This document shows positions 36,201-51,200 of a stretch of DNA of 64,000 nucleotides, piece by piece. The stretch's first letter is position 1. Each line of letters begins with the position of its first letter. Location: assembly GCA_040954595.2 (NCBI GenBank), contig CM082586.2, forward strand, positions 10,013,337-10,077,336. The letters run 5' to 3'. The stretch comes from Balanoglossus misakiensis. Lineage: Eukaryota; Animalia; Hemichordata. The notes beneath the pieces are model-generated. The model did no database searches. It worked only from the letters and a program-made list of their open reading frames with translations, and was not told the origin of the DNA. A program made the translations under genes and the position numbers.

Positions 36201-39200
36201 CGATTTTTGAAAAAAAATCATGGGTGAAAATCATTAATAAATGACAAATTTTCGACTTTGCAAAATCTCAAAATTTCGTCGATTTTTGAAAAAAAAAACA
36301 TGGGTGAAAATCATCAAAAAATGACAAATTTTCGACTTTGCAAAATCTCAAAATTTCGTCGATTTTTGAAAAAAATCATGGGTTCGTTCAATTTTGAAAA
36401 AAAACATGGGTGAAAATCATCAAAAAATTACAAATTTTCGACTTTGCAAAATCTCAAAATTTTGTCGATTTTTGAAAAAAAATCATGGGTGAAAATCATT
36501 AATAAATGACAAATTTTCGACTTTGCAAAATCTCAAAATTTCGTCGATTTTTGAAAAAAAATCATGGGTGAAAATCATCAAAAAATTACAAATTTTCGAC
36601 TTTGCAAAATCTCAAAATTTCGTCGATTTTTGAGAAAAATCATGGGTGAAAATCATCAAAAAATGACAAATTTTCGACTTTGCAAAATCTCAAAATTTTG
36701 TCGATTTTTGAAAAAAAATCATGGGTTCGTTGATTTTTGAAAAAAAACATGGGTGAAAATCATCAAAAAATTACAAATTTTCGAATTTGCAAAATCTCAA
36801 AATTTTGTCGATTTTTGAAAAAAATCATGGGTGAAAATCATCAAAAAATGACACATTTTCGACTTTGCAAAATCTCAAAATTTCGTCGATTTTTGAAAAA
36901 AATCATGGGTGAAAATCATCAAAAAATGACAAATTTTCGACTTTGCAAAATCTCAAAATTTCGTCGATTTTTGAAAAAAATCATGGGTTCGTTCAATTTT
37001 GAAAAAAAACATGGGTGAAAATCATCAAAAAATTACAAATTTTCGACTTTGCAAAATCTCAAAAATTTGTCGATTTTTGAAAAAAAATCATGGGTGAAAA
37101 TCATTAATAAATGACAAATTTTCGACATTGCAAAATCTCAAAATTTCGTCGATTTTTGAAAAAAAAATCATGGGTGAAAATCATCAAAAAATTACAAATT
37201 TTCGACTTTGCAAAATCTCAAAATTTCGTCGATTTTTGAGAAAAATCATGGGTGAAAATCATCAAAAAATTACAAATTTTCGACTTTGCAAAATCTCAAA
37301 ATTTTGTCGATTTTTGAAAAAAAATCATGGGTTCGTTGATTTTTGAAAAAAAATCATGGGTGAAAATCATCAAAAAATTACAAATTTTCGACTTTGCAAA
37401 ATCTCAAAATTTCGTCGATTTTTGAGAAAAATCATGGGTGAAAATCATCAAAAAATGACAAATTTTCGACTTTGCAAAATCTCAAAATTTCGTAAATTTT
37501 TGAAAAAAAGTCATGGGTGAAAATCATCAAAAAATTACAAATTTTCGTCTTTGCAAAATCTCAAAATTTCGTCGATTTTTGAAAAAAAAAAATCATGGGT
37601 AAAAATCATCAAAAAATTACAAATTTTCGACTTTGCAAAATCTAAAAATTTTGTCGATTTTTGAAAAAAATCATGGGTGAAAATCATCAAAAAATGACAA
37701 ATTTTCGACTTTGCAAAATCTCAAAATTTCGTCGATTTTTGAAAAAAAAAACATGGGTGAAAATCATCAAAAAATGACAAATTTTCGACTTTGCAAAATC
37801 TCAAAATTTCGTCGATTTTTGAAAAAAATCATGGGTTCTTTCAATTTTGAAAAAAAACATGGGTGAAAATCATCAAAAAATTACAAATTTTCGACTTTGC
37901 AAAATCTCAAAATTTTGTCGATTTTTGAAAAAAAATCATGGGTGAAAATCATTAATAAATGACAAATTTTCGACTTTGCAAAATCTCAAAATTTCGTCGA
38001 TTTTTGAAAAAAAATCATGGGTGAAAATCATCAAAAAATTACAAATTTTCGACTTTGCAAAATCTCAAAATTTCGTCGATTTTTGAGAAAAATCATGGGT
38101 GAAAATCATCAAAAAATGACAAATTTTCGACTTTGCAAAATCTCAAAATTTTGTCGATTTTTGAAAAAAAATCATGGGTTCGTTGATTTTTGAAAAAAAA
38201 CATGGGTGAAAATCATCAAAAAATGACAAATTTTCGACTTTGCAAAATCTCAAAATTTCGTAAATTTTTGAAAAAAAGTCATGGGTGAAAATCATCAAAA
38301 AATTACAAATTTTCGTCTTTGCAAAATCTCAAAATTTCGTCGATTTTTGAAAAAAAAAAATCATGGGTAAAAATCATCAAAAAATTACAAATTTTCGACT
38401 TTGCAAAATCTAAAAATTTTGTCGATTTTTGAAAAAAATCATGGGTGAAAATCATCAAAAAATGACAAATTTTCGACTTTGCAAAATCTCAAAATTTCGT
38501 AGATTTTTGAAAAAAAACATGGGTGAAAATCATCAAAAAATGACAAATTTTCGACTTTGCAAAATCTCAAATTTCGTCGATTTTTGAAAAAAATCATGGG
38601 TGAAAATCATCAAAAAATGACAAATTTTCGTCTTTGCAAAATCCCAAAATTTCGTAAATTTTTGAAAAAAAGTCATGGGTGAAAATCATCAAAAAATTAC
38701 AAATTTTCGTCTTTGCAAAATCTCAAAATTTCGTCGATTTTTGAAAAAAAAAATCATGGGTAAAAATCATCAAAAAATTACAAATTTTCGACTTTGCAAA
38801 ATCTAAAAATTTTGTCGATTTTTGAAAAAAACAATCATGGTGAAAATCATCAAAAAATGACAAATTTTCGACTTTGCAAAATCTCAAAATGTTGTCAATT
38901 TTTTAAAAAATTCATGAGTTCGTTGATTTTTTAAAAAAAAACATTGGTGTCAATTTTTGAAAAAAATCATGGGTTCGTTGATTTTTAAAAAAAAACATTG
39001 GTGAAAATCATCAAAAAATTACAAATTTTCGACTTTGCAAAATCTCAAAATTTCGTACATTTTTGAAAAAAAATCATGGGTGAAAATCATCAAAAAATGA
39101 CAAATTTTCGACTTTGCAAAATCTCAAAATTTCGTCGATTTTTGAAAAAAATCACGGGTGAAAATCATCAAAAAATGACAAATTTTCGTCTTTGCTAAAT

Positions 39201-42200
39201 CTCAAAATTTCGTCGATTTTTGAAAAAAATCATGGGTGAAAATCATCAAAAAATGACAAATTTTCGACTTTGCAAAATCTCAAAATTTCGTACATTTTTA
39301 AAAAAAAATCATGGGTGAAATTCATCAAAAAATGACAAATTTTCGTCTTTGCAAAATCTCAAAATTTCGCCGATTTTTGAAAAAAACAATCATGGTGAAA
39401 ATCATCAAAAAATGACAAATTTTCGACTTTGCAAAATCTCAAAATGTTGTCAATTTTTAAAAAAAATCATGAGTTCGTTGATTTTTAAAAAAAAACATTG
39501 GTGTCAATTTTTGAAAAAAATCATGGGTTCGTTGATTTTTAAAAAAAAACATTGGTGAAAATCATCAAAAAATTACAAATTTTCGACTTTGCAAAATCTA
39601 AAAATTTCGTACATTTTTGAAAAAAAATCATGGGTGAAAATCATCAAAAAATGACAAATTTTCGTCTTTGCAAAATCTCAAAATTTCGTCGTTTTTTAAA
39701 AAAAAATCATGGTGAAAATCATCAAAAAATGACAAATTGTCGACTTTGCAAAATCTAAAAATTTTGTCGATTTTTGAAAAAAATCATGGGTGAAAATAAT
39801 CAAAAAATGACAAATTTTCGACTTTGCAAAATCTCAAAATTTCGTCGATTTTTGAAAAAAATCATGGGTGAAAATCATCAAAAAATGACAAATTTTCGAC
39901 TTTGCAAAATCTCAAAATTTCGTCGATTTTTGAAAAAAATCATGGGTTCGTTCAATTTTGAAAAAAAACGGGTGAAAATCATCAAAAAATTACAAATTTT
40001 CGACTTTGCAAAATCTCAAAATTTTGTCGATTTTTGAAAAAAAATCATGGGTGAAAATCATTAATAAATGACAAATTTTCGACTTTGCAAAATCTCAAAA
40101 TTTCGTCGATTTTTGAAAAAAAATCATGGGTGAAAATCATCAAAAAATGACAAATTTTCGACTTTGCAAAATCTCAAAATTTCGTCGATTTTTGAGAAAA
40201 ATCATGGGTGAAAATCATCAAAAAATGACAAATTTTCGACTTTGCAAAATCTCAAAATTTTGTCGATTTTTGAAAAAAAATCATGGGTTCGTTGATTTTT
40301 GAAAAAAAACATGGGTGAAAATCATCAAAAAAGTACAAATTTTCGAATTTGCAAAATCTCAAAATTTCGTCGATTTTTGAAAAAAAACATGGGTGAAAAT
40401 CATCAAAAAATGACAAATTTTCGACTTTGCAAAATCTCAAAATTTCGTAAATTTTTGAAAAAAAGTCATGGGTGAAAATCATCAAAAAATTACAAATTTT
40501 CGTCTTTGCAAAATCTCAAAATTTCGTCGAGTTTTGAAAAAAATCATGGGTGAAAATCATCAAAAAATGACAAATTTTCGACTTTGCAAAATCTCAAAAT
40601 TTTGTCGATTTTTGAAAAAAAATCATAGGTTCGTTGATTTTTTAAAAAAAACATGGGTGAAAATCATCAAAAAATTACAAATTTTCGAATTTGCAAAATC
40701 TCAAAATTTCGTCGATTTTTGAAAAAAAAACATGGGTGAAAATCATCAAAAAATGACAAATTTTCGACTTTGCAAAATCTCAAAATTTCGTAAATTTTTG
40801 AAAAAAAGTCATGGGTGAAAATCATCAAAAAATTACAAATTTTCGTCTTTGCAAAATCTCAAAATTTCGTCGATTTTTGAAAAAAATCATGGGTGAAAAT
40901 CATCAAAAAATGACAAATTTTCGATTTGCAAAATCTCAAAATTTTGTCGATTTTTGAAAAAAAATCATGGGTTCGTTGATTTTTGAAAAAAAACATGGGT
41001 GAAAATCATCAAAAAATTACAAATTTTCGAATTTGCAAAATCTCAAAATTTCGTCGATTTTTGAAAAAAAACATGGGTGAAAATCATCAAAAAATGACAA
41101 ATTTTCGACTTTGCAAAATCTCAAAATTTCGTAAATTTTTGAAAAAAAGTCATGGGTGAAAATCATCAAAAAATTACAAATTTTCGTCTTTGCAAAATCT
41201 CAAAATTTCGTCGATTTTTGAAAAAAAAAATCATGGGTAAAAATCATCAAAAAATAACAAATTTTCGACTTTGCAAAATCTAAAAATTTTGTCGATTTTT
41301 GAAAAAAATCATGGGTGAAAATCATCAAAAAATGACAAATTTTCGACTTTGCAAAATCTCAAAATTTCGTCGATTTTTGAAAAAAATCATGGGTTCGTTC
41401 GATTTTGAAAAAAAACATGGGTGAAAATCATCAAAAAATTACAAATTTTCGACTTTGCAAAATCTCAAAATTTTGTCGATTTTTGAAAAAAAATCATGGG
41501 TGAAAATCATTAATAAATGACAAATTTTCGACTTTGCAAAATCTCAAAATTTCGTCGATTTTTGAAAAAAAATCATGGGTGAAAATCATCAAAAAATTAC
41601 AAATTTTCGACTTTGCAAAATCTCAAAATTTCGTCGATTTTCGAGAAAAATCATGGGTGAAAATCATCAAAAAATGACAAATTTTCGACTTTGCAAAAAC
41701 TCAAAATTTTGTCGATTTTTGAAAAAAAATCATGGGTTCGTTGATTTTTGAAAAAAAACAAGGGTGAAAATCATCAAAAAATTACAAATTTTCGAATTTG
41801 CAAAATCTCAAAATTTTGTCGATTTTTGAAAAAAATCATGGGTGAAAATAATCAAAAAATTACAAATTTTCGACTTTGCAAAATCTAAAAATTTTGTCGA
41901 TTTTTGAAAAAAATCATGGGTGAAAATCATCAAAAAATGACAAATTTTCGACTTTGCAAAATCTCAAAATTTTGTCGATTTTTGAAAAAAAATCATGGGT
42001 TCGTTGATTTTTGAAAAAAAACATGGGTGAAAATCATCAAAAAATTACAAATTTTCGAATTTGCAAAATCTCAAAATTTTGTCGATTTTTGAAAAAAATC
42101 ATGGGTGAAAATAATCAAAAAATTACAAATTTTCGACTTTGCAAAATCTAAAAATTTTGTCGATTTTTGAAAAAAATCATGGGTGAAAATCATCAAAAAA

Positions 42201-45200
42201 TGACAAATTTTCGACTTTGCAAAATCTCAAAATTTAGTCGATTTTTGAAAAAAATCATGGGTTCGTTCAATTTTGAAAAAAAACATGGGTGAAAATCATC
42301 AAAAAATTACAAATTTTCGACTTTGCAAAATCTCAAAATTTTGTCGATTTTTGAAAAAAAATCATGGGTGAAAATCATTAATAAATGACAAATTTTCGAC
42401 TTTGCAAAATCTCAAAATTTCGTCGATTTTTGAAAAAAAATCATGGGTGAAAATCATCAAAAAATTACAAATTTTCGACTTTGCAAAATCTCAAAATTTC
42501 GTCGATTTTTGAGAAAAATCATGGGTGAAAATCATCAAAAAATGACAAATTTTCGACTTTGCAAAATCTCAAAATTTTGTCGATTTTTGAAAAAAAATCA
42601 TGGGTTCGTTGATTTTTGAAAAAAAACATGGGTGAAAATCATCAAAAAATTACAAATTTTCGAATTTGCAAAATCTCAAAATTTCTTAAATTTTTGAAAA
42701 AAAGTCATGGGTGAAAATCATCAAAAAATTACAAATTTTCGTCTTTGCAAAATCTCAAAATTTCGTCGATTTTTGAAAAAAAAAATCATGGGTAAAAATC
42801 ATCAAAAAATTACAAATTTTCGACTTTGCAAAATCTAAAAATTTTGTCGATTTTTGAAAAAAATCATGGGTGAAAATCATCAAAAAATGACAAATTTTCG
42901 ACTTTGCAAAATCTCAAAATTTCGTAGATTTTTGAAAAAAAAAATCATGGGTAAAAATCATCAAAAAATTACAAATTTTCGACTTTGCAAAATCTAAAAA
43001 TTTTGTCGATTTTTGAAAACAATCATGGGTGAAAATCATCAAAAAATGACAAATTTTCGACTTTGCAAAATCTCAAAATTTTGTCGATTTTTGAAAAAAA
43101 ATCATGGGTGAAAATCATTAATAAATGACAAATTTTCGACTTTGCAAAATCTCAAAATTTCGTCGATTTTTGAAAAAAAATCATGGGTGAAAATCATCAA
43201 AAAATTACAAATTTTCGACTTTGCAAAATCTCAAAATTTCGTCGATTTTTGAGAAAAATCATGGGTGAAAATCATCAAAAAATGACAAATTTTCGACTTT
43301 GCAAAATCTCAAAATTTTGTCGATTTTTGAAAAAAATCATGGGTTCGTTCAATTTTGAAAAAAAACATGGGTGAAAATCATCAAAAAATTACAAATTTTC
43401 GACTTTGCAAAATCTCAAAATTTCGTCGATTTTTGAAAAAAAATCATGGGTGAAAATCATCAAAAAATTACAAATTTTCGACTTTGCAAAATCTCAAAAT
43501 GTTGTCAATTTTTAAAAAAAATCATGAGTTCGTTGATTTTTAAAAAAAAACATTGGTGTCAATTTTTGAAAAAAATCATGGGTTCGTTGATTTTTAAAAA
43601 AAAACATTGGTGAAAATCATCAAAAAATTACAAATTTTCGACTTTGCAAAATCTAAAAATTTCGTACATTTTTGAAAAAAAATCATGGGTGAAAATCATC
43701 AAAAAATGACAAATTTTCGTCTTTGCAAAATCTCAAAATTTCGTCGTTTTTTAAAAAAAAATCATGGTGAAAATCATCAAAAAATGACAAATTGTCGACT
43801 TTGCAAAATCTAAAAATTTTGTCGATTTTTGAAAAAAATCATGAGTGAAAATAATCAAAAAATGACAAATTTTCGACTTTGCAAAATCTAAAAATTTCGT
43901 CGATTTTTGAAAAAAATCATGGGTGAAAATCATCAAAAAATGACAAATTTTCGACTTTGCAAAATCTCAAAATTTCGTCGATTTTTGAAAAAAATCATGG
44001 GTTCGTTCAATTTTGAAAAAAAACGGGTGAAAATCATCAAAAAATTACAAATTTTCGACTTTGCAAAATCTCAAAATTTTGTCGATTTTTGAAAAAAAAT
44101 CATGGGTGAAAATCATTAATAAATGACAAATTTTCGACTTTGCAAAATCTCAAAATTTCGTCGATTTTTGAAAAAAAATCATGGGTGAAAATCATCAAAA
44201 AATGACAAATTTTCGACTTTGCAAAATCTCAAAATTTCGTCGATTTTTGAGAAAAATCATGGGTGAAAATCATCAAAAAATGACAAATTTTCGACTTTGC
44301 AAAATCTCAAAATTTTGTCGATTTTTGAAAAAAAATCATGGGTTCGTTGATTTTTGAAAAAAAACATGGGTGAAAATCATCAAAAAAGTACAAATTTTCG
44401 AATTTGCAAAATCTCAAAATTTCGTCGATTTTTGAAAAAAAAACATGGGTGAAAATCATCAAAAAATGACAAATTTTCGACTTTGCAAAATCTCAAAATT
44501 TCGTAAATTTTTGAAAAAAAGTCATGGGTGAAAATCATCAAAAAATTACAAATTTTCGTCTTTGCAAAATCTCAAAATTTCGTCGAGTTTTGAAAAAAAT
44601 CATGGGTGAAAATCATCAAAAAATGACAAATTTTCGACTTTGCAAAATCTCAAAATTTTGTCGATTTTTGAAAAAAAATCATGGGTTCGTTGATTTTTTA
44701 AAAAAAACATGGGTGAAAATCATCAAAAAATTACAAATTTTCGAATTTGCAAAATCTCAAAATTTCGTCGATTTTTGAAAAAAAAACATGGGTGAAAATC
44801 ATCAAAAAATGACAAATTTTCGACTTTGCAAAATCTCAAAATTTCGTAAATTTTTGAAAAAAAGTCATGGGTGAAAATCATCAAAAAATTACAAATTTTC
44901 GTCTTTGCAAAATCTCAAAATTTCGTCGATTTTTGAAAAAAATCATGGGTGAAAATCATCAAAAAATGACAAATTTTCGACTTTGCAAAATCTCAAAATT
45001 TTGTCGATTTTTGAAAAAAAATCATGGGTTCGTTGATTTTTGAAAAAAAACATGGGTGAAAATCATCAAAAAATTACAAATTTTCGAATTTGCAAAATCT
45101 CAAAATTTCGTCGATTTTTGAAAAAAAACATGGGTGAAAATCATCAAAAAATGACAAATTTTCGACTTTGCAAAATCTCAAAATTTCGTAAATTTTTGAA

Positions 45201-48200
45201 AAAAAGTCATGGGTGAAAATCATCAAAAAATTACAAATTTTCGTCTTTGCAAAATCTCAAAATTTCGTCGATTTTTGAAAAAAAAAATCATGGGTAAAAA
45301 TCATCAAAAAATAACAAATTTTCGACTTTGCAAAATCTAAAAATTTTGTCGATTTTTGAAAAAAATCATGGGTGAAAATCATCAAAAAATGACAAATTTT
45401 CGACTTTGCAAAATCTCAAAATTTCGTCGATTTTTGAAAAAAATCATGGGTTCGTTCAATTTTGAAAAAAAACATGGGTGAAAATCATCAAAAAATTACA
45501 AATTTTCGACTTTGCAAAATCTCAAAATTTTGTCGATTTTTGAAAAAAAATCATGGGTGAAAATCATTAATAAATGACAAATTTTCGACTTTGCAAAATC
45601 TCAAAATTTCGTCGATTTTTGAAAAAAAATCATGGGTGAAAATCATCAAAAAATTACAAATTTTCGACTTTGCAAAATCTCAAAATTTCGTCGATTTTCG
45701 AGAAAAATCATGGGTGAAAATCATCAAAAAATGACAAATTTTCGACTTTGCAAAAACTCAAAATTTTGTCGATTTTTGAAAAAAAATCATGGGTTCGTTG
45801 ATTTTTGAAAAAAAACAAGGGTGAAAATCATCAAAAAATTACAAATTTTCGAATTTGCAAAATCTCAAAATTTTGTCGATTTTTGAAAAAAATCATGGGT
45901 GAAAATAATCAAAAAATTACAAATTTTCGACTTTGCAAAATCTAAAAATTTTGTCGATTTTTGAAAAAAATCATGGGTGAAAATCATCAAAAAATGACAA
46001 ATTTTCGACTTTGCAAAATCTCAAAATTTTGTCGATTTTTGAAAAAAAATCATGGGTTCGTTGATTTTTGAAAAAAAACATGGGTGAAAATCATCAAAAA
46101 ATTACAAATTTTCGAATTTGCAAAATCTCAAAATTTTGTCGATTTTTGAAAAAAATCATGGGTGAAAATAATCAAAAAATTACAAATTTTCGACTTTGCA
46201 AAATCTAAAAATTTTGTCGATTTTTGAAAAAAATCATGGGTGAAAATCATCAAAAAATGACAAATTTTCGACTATGCAAAATCTCAAAATTTAGTCGATT
46301 TTTGAAAAAAATCATGGGTTCGTTCAATTTTGAAAAAAAACATGGGTGAAAATCATCAAAAAATTACAAATTTTCGACTTTGCAAAATCTCAAAATTTTG
46401 TCGATTTTTGAAAAAAAATCATGGGTGAAAATCATTAATAAATGACAAATTTTCGACTTTGCAAAATCTCAAAATTTCGTCGATTTTTGAAAAAAAATCA
46501 TGGGTGAAAATCATCAAAAAATTACAAATTTTCGACTTTGCAAAATCTCAAAATTTCGTCGATTTTTGAGAAAAATCATGGGTGAAAATCATCAAAAAAT
46601 GACAAATTTTCGACTTTGCAAAATCTCAAAATTTTGTCGATTTTTGAAAAAAAATCATGGGTTCGTTGATTTTTGAAAAAAAACATGGGTGAAAATCATC
46701 AAAAAATTACAAATTTTCGAATTTGCAAAATCTCAAAATTTCTTAAATTTTTGAAAAAAAGTCATGGGTGAAAATCATCAAAAAATTACAAATTTTCGTC
46801 TTTGCAAAATCTCAAAATTTCGTCGATTTTTGAAAAAAAAAATCATGGGTAAAAATCATCAAAAAATTACAAATTTTCGACTTTGCAAAATCTAAAAATT
46901 TTGTCGATTTTTGAAAAAAATCATGGGTGAAAATCATCAAAAAATGACAAATTTTCGACTTTGCAAAATCTCAAAATTTCGTAGATTTTTGAAAAAAAAA
47001 AATCATGGGTAAAAATCATCAAAAAATTACAAATTTTCGACTTTGCAAAATCTAAAAATTTTGTCGATTTTTGAAAACAATCATGGGTGAAAATCATCAA
47101 AAAATGACAAATTTTCGACTTTGCAAAATCTCAAAATTTTGTCGATTTTTGAAAAAAAATCATGGGTGAAAATCATTAATAAATGACAAATTTTCGACTT
47201 TGCAAAATCTCAAAATTTCGTCGATTTTTGAAAAAAAATCATGGGTGAAAATCATCAAAAAATTACAAATTTTCGACTTTGCAAAATCTCAAAATTTCGT
47301 CGATTTTTGAGAAAAATCATGGGTGAAAATCATCAAAAAATGACAAATTTTCGACTTTGCAAAATCTCAAAATTTTGTCGATTTTTGAAAAAAATCATGG
47401 GTTCGTTCAATTTTGAAAAAAAACATGGGTGAAAATCATCAAAAAATTACAAATTTTCGACTTTGCAAAATCTCAAAATTTCGTCGATTTTTGAAAAAAA
47501 ATCATGGGTGAAAATCATCAAAAAATTACAAATTTTCGACTTTGCAAAATCTCAAAATTTTGTCGATTTTTGAAAAAAAATCATGGGTTCGTTGATTTTT
47601 GAAAAAAAACATGGGTGAAAATCATCAAAAAATTACAAATTTTCGAATTTGCAAAATCACAAAATTTCGTCGATTTTTGAAAAAAAAAACATGGGTGAAA
47701 ATCATCAAAAAATTACAAATTTTCGTCTTTGCAAAATCACAAAATTTCGTCGATTTTTGAAAAAAAAAATCATGGGTAAAAATCATCAAAAAATTACAAA
47801 TTTTCGACTTTGCAAAATCTAAAAATTTTGTCGATTTTTGAAAAAAATCATGGGTGAAAATCATCAAAAAATGACAAATTTTCGTCTTTGCAAAATCTCA
47901 AAATTTCGTCCATTTTTGAATAAAAATCATGGGTGAAAATCATCAAAAAATGACACATTTTCGACTTTGCAAAATCTAAAAATTTCGTCGATTTTTGAAA
48001 AAAATCATGGTTGAAAATCATCAAAAAATGACAAAATTTTCGACTTTGTAAAATCACAAAATTTCGTCGATTTTGAAAAAAATCATAGGTTCGTCGATTT
48101 CTAAAAAAAAACATGGGTGAAAATCATCAAAAAATGACAAATTTTCGACTTTGCAAAATCTCAAAATTTCGTCGATTTTTGAAAAAAATCATGGGTGAAA

Positions 48201-51200
48201 ATCATCAAAAAATGACAAATTTTCGACTTCGCAAAATCTCAAAATTTCGTCAATTTTTGAAAAAATCAGGGGTAAAAATCATCAAAAAATGACAAATTTT
48301 CGTCTTTGCTAAATCTCAAAATTTCGTCGGTTTTTGAAAAATAATATGGGTGAAAATCATCAAAAAATGACAAATTTTCGACTTTGCAAAATCTCAAAAT
48401 TTCGTCCATTTTTGAAAAAAAATCATGGGTAAAAATCATCAAAAAATGACAAATTTTCGTCTTTGCAAAATCTCAAAATTTCTTCCATTTAAAAAAAAAA
48501 GCATGGGGGAAAATCATCAAAAAATGACAAATTTTCGTCTTTGCAAAATCTCAAAATTTCGTCCATTTAAAAAAAAAAACATGGGTGAAAATCATCAAAA
48601 AATGACAAATTTTTGACTTTTCAAAATCTCACAATTTCGTCGATTTTTGAAAAAAATCATGGGTGAAAATCATCAAAAAATGACAAATTATCGACTTTGC
48701 AAAATCTCAAAATTTCGTCGATTTTGAAAAAAACCATTGGGGGAAAATCATCAAAAAATGACAAATTATCGACTTTGCAAAATCTCAAAATATCGTCCAT
48801 TTTAAAAAAAAAACATGGGGGAAAATCATCAAAAAATGACAAATTTTCGACTTTGCAAAATCTCAAAATTTCGTCGATTTTGAAAAAAAACATTGGGGGA
48901 AAATCATCAAAAAATGACAAATTATCGACTTTGCACAATCTCACAATTTCGTCGATTTTTGAAAAAAATCATGGGTGAAAATCATCAAAAAATTACAAAT
49001 TTTCGACTTTGCAAAATCTCAACATTTCGTCGATTTTTGAAAAAAATCATGGGTGAAAATCATCAAAAAATGACAAATTTTCGACTTTGCAAAATCTCAC
49101 AATTTCGTCGATTTTTGAAAAAAATCATGGGTGAAAATCATCAAAAAATTACAAATTTTCGACTTTGCAAAATCTCAACATTTCGTCGATTTTTGAAAAA
49201 AATCATGGGTGAAAATCATCAAAAAATTACAAATTTTCGACTTTGCAAAATCTCAAAATTTCGTAAATTTTTGAAAAAAAGTCATGGGTGAAAATCATCA
49301 AAAAATTACAAATTTTCGTCTTTGCAAAATCACAAAATTTCGTCGATTTTTGAAAAAAAAAATCATGGGTAAAAATCATCAAAAAATTACAAATTTTCGA
49401 CTTTGCAAAATCTAAAAATTTTGTCGATTTTTGAAAAAAATCATGGGTGAAAATCATCAAAAAATGACAAATTTTCGTCTTTGCAAAATCTCAAAATTTC
49501 GTCCATTTTTGAATAAAAATCATGGGTGAAAATCATCAAAAAATGACACATTTTCGACTTTGCAAAATCTAAAAATTTCGTCGATTTTTGAAAAAAATCA
49601 TGGTTGAAAATCATCAAAAAATGACAAAATTTTCGACTTTGTAAAATCACAAAATTTCGTCGATTTTGAAAAAAATCATAGGTTCGTCGATTTCTAAAAA
49701 AAAACATGGGTGAAAATCATCAAAAAATGACAAATTTTCGACTTTGCAAAATCTCAAAATTTCGTCGATTTTTGAAAAAAATCATGGGTGAAAATCATCA
49801 AAAAATGACAAATTTTCGACTTCGCAAAATCTCAAAATTTCGTCAATTTTTGAAAAAATCAGGGGTAAAAATCATCAAAAAATGACAAATTTTCGTCTTT
49901 GCTAAATCTCAAAATTTCGTCGGTTTTTGAAAAATAATATGGGTGAAAATCATCAAAAAATGACAAATTTTCGACTTTGCAAAATCTCAAAATTTCGTCC
50001 ATTTTTGAAAAAAAATCATGGGTAAAAATCATCAAAAAATGACAAATTTTCGTCTTTGCAAAATCTCAAAATTTCTTCCATTTAAAAAAAAAAGCATGGG
50101 GGAAAATCATCAAAAAATTACAAATTTTCGTCTTTGCAAAATCACAAAATTTCGTCGATTTTTGAAAAAAAAAATCATGGGTAAAAATCATCAAAAAATT
50201 ACAAATTTTCGACTTTGCAAAATCTAAAAATTTTGTCGATTTTTGAAAAAAATCATGGGTGAAAATCATCAAAAAATGACAAATTTTCGTCTTTGCAAAA
50301 TCTCAAAATTTCGTCCATTTTTGAATAAAAATCATGGGTGAAAATCATCAAAAAATGACACATTTTCGACTTTGCAAAATCTAAAAATTTCGTCGATTTT
50401 TGAAAAAAATCATGGTTGAAAATCATCAAAAAATGACAAAATTTTCGACTTTGTAAAATCACAAAATTTCGTCGATTTTGAAAAAAATCATAGGTTCGTC
50501 GATTTCTAAAAAAAAACATGGGTGAAAATCATCAAAAAATGACAAATTTTCGACTTTGCAAAATCTCAAAATTTCGTCGATTTTTGAAAAAAATCATGGG
50601 TGAAAATCATCAAAAAATGACAAATTTTCGACTTCGCAAAATCTCAAAATTTCGTCAATTTTTGAAAAAATCAGGGGTAAAAATCATCAAAAAATGACAA
50701 ATTTTCGTCTTTGCTAAATCTCAAAATTTCGTCGGTTTTTGAAAAATAATATGGGTGAAAATCATCAAAAAATGACAAATTTTCGACTTTGCAAAATCTC
50801 AAAATTTCGTCCATTTTTGAAAAAAAATCATGGGTAAAAATCATCAAAAAATGACAAATTTTCGTCTTTGCAAAATCTCAAAATTTCTTCCATTTAAAAA
50901 AAAAAGCATGGGGGAAAATCATCAAAAAATGACAAATTTTCGTCTTTGCAAAATCTCAAAATTTCGTCCATTTAAAAAAAAAAACATGGGTGAAAATCAT
51001 CAAAAAATGACAAATTTTTGACTTTTCAAAATCTCACAATTTCGTCGATTTTTGAAAAAAATCATGGGTGAAAATCATCAAAAAATGACAAATTATCGAC
51101 TTTGCAAAATCTCAAAATTTCGTCGATTTTGAAAAAAACCATTGGGGGAAAATCATCAAAAAATGACAAATTATCGACTTTGCAAAATCTCAAAATATCG

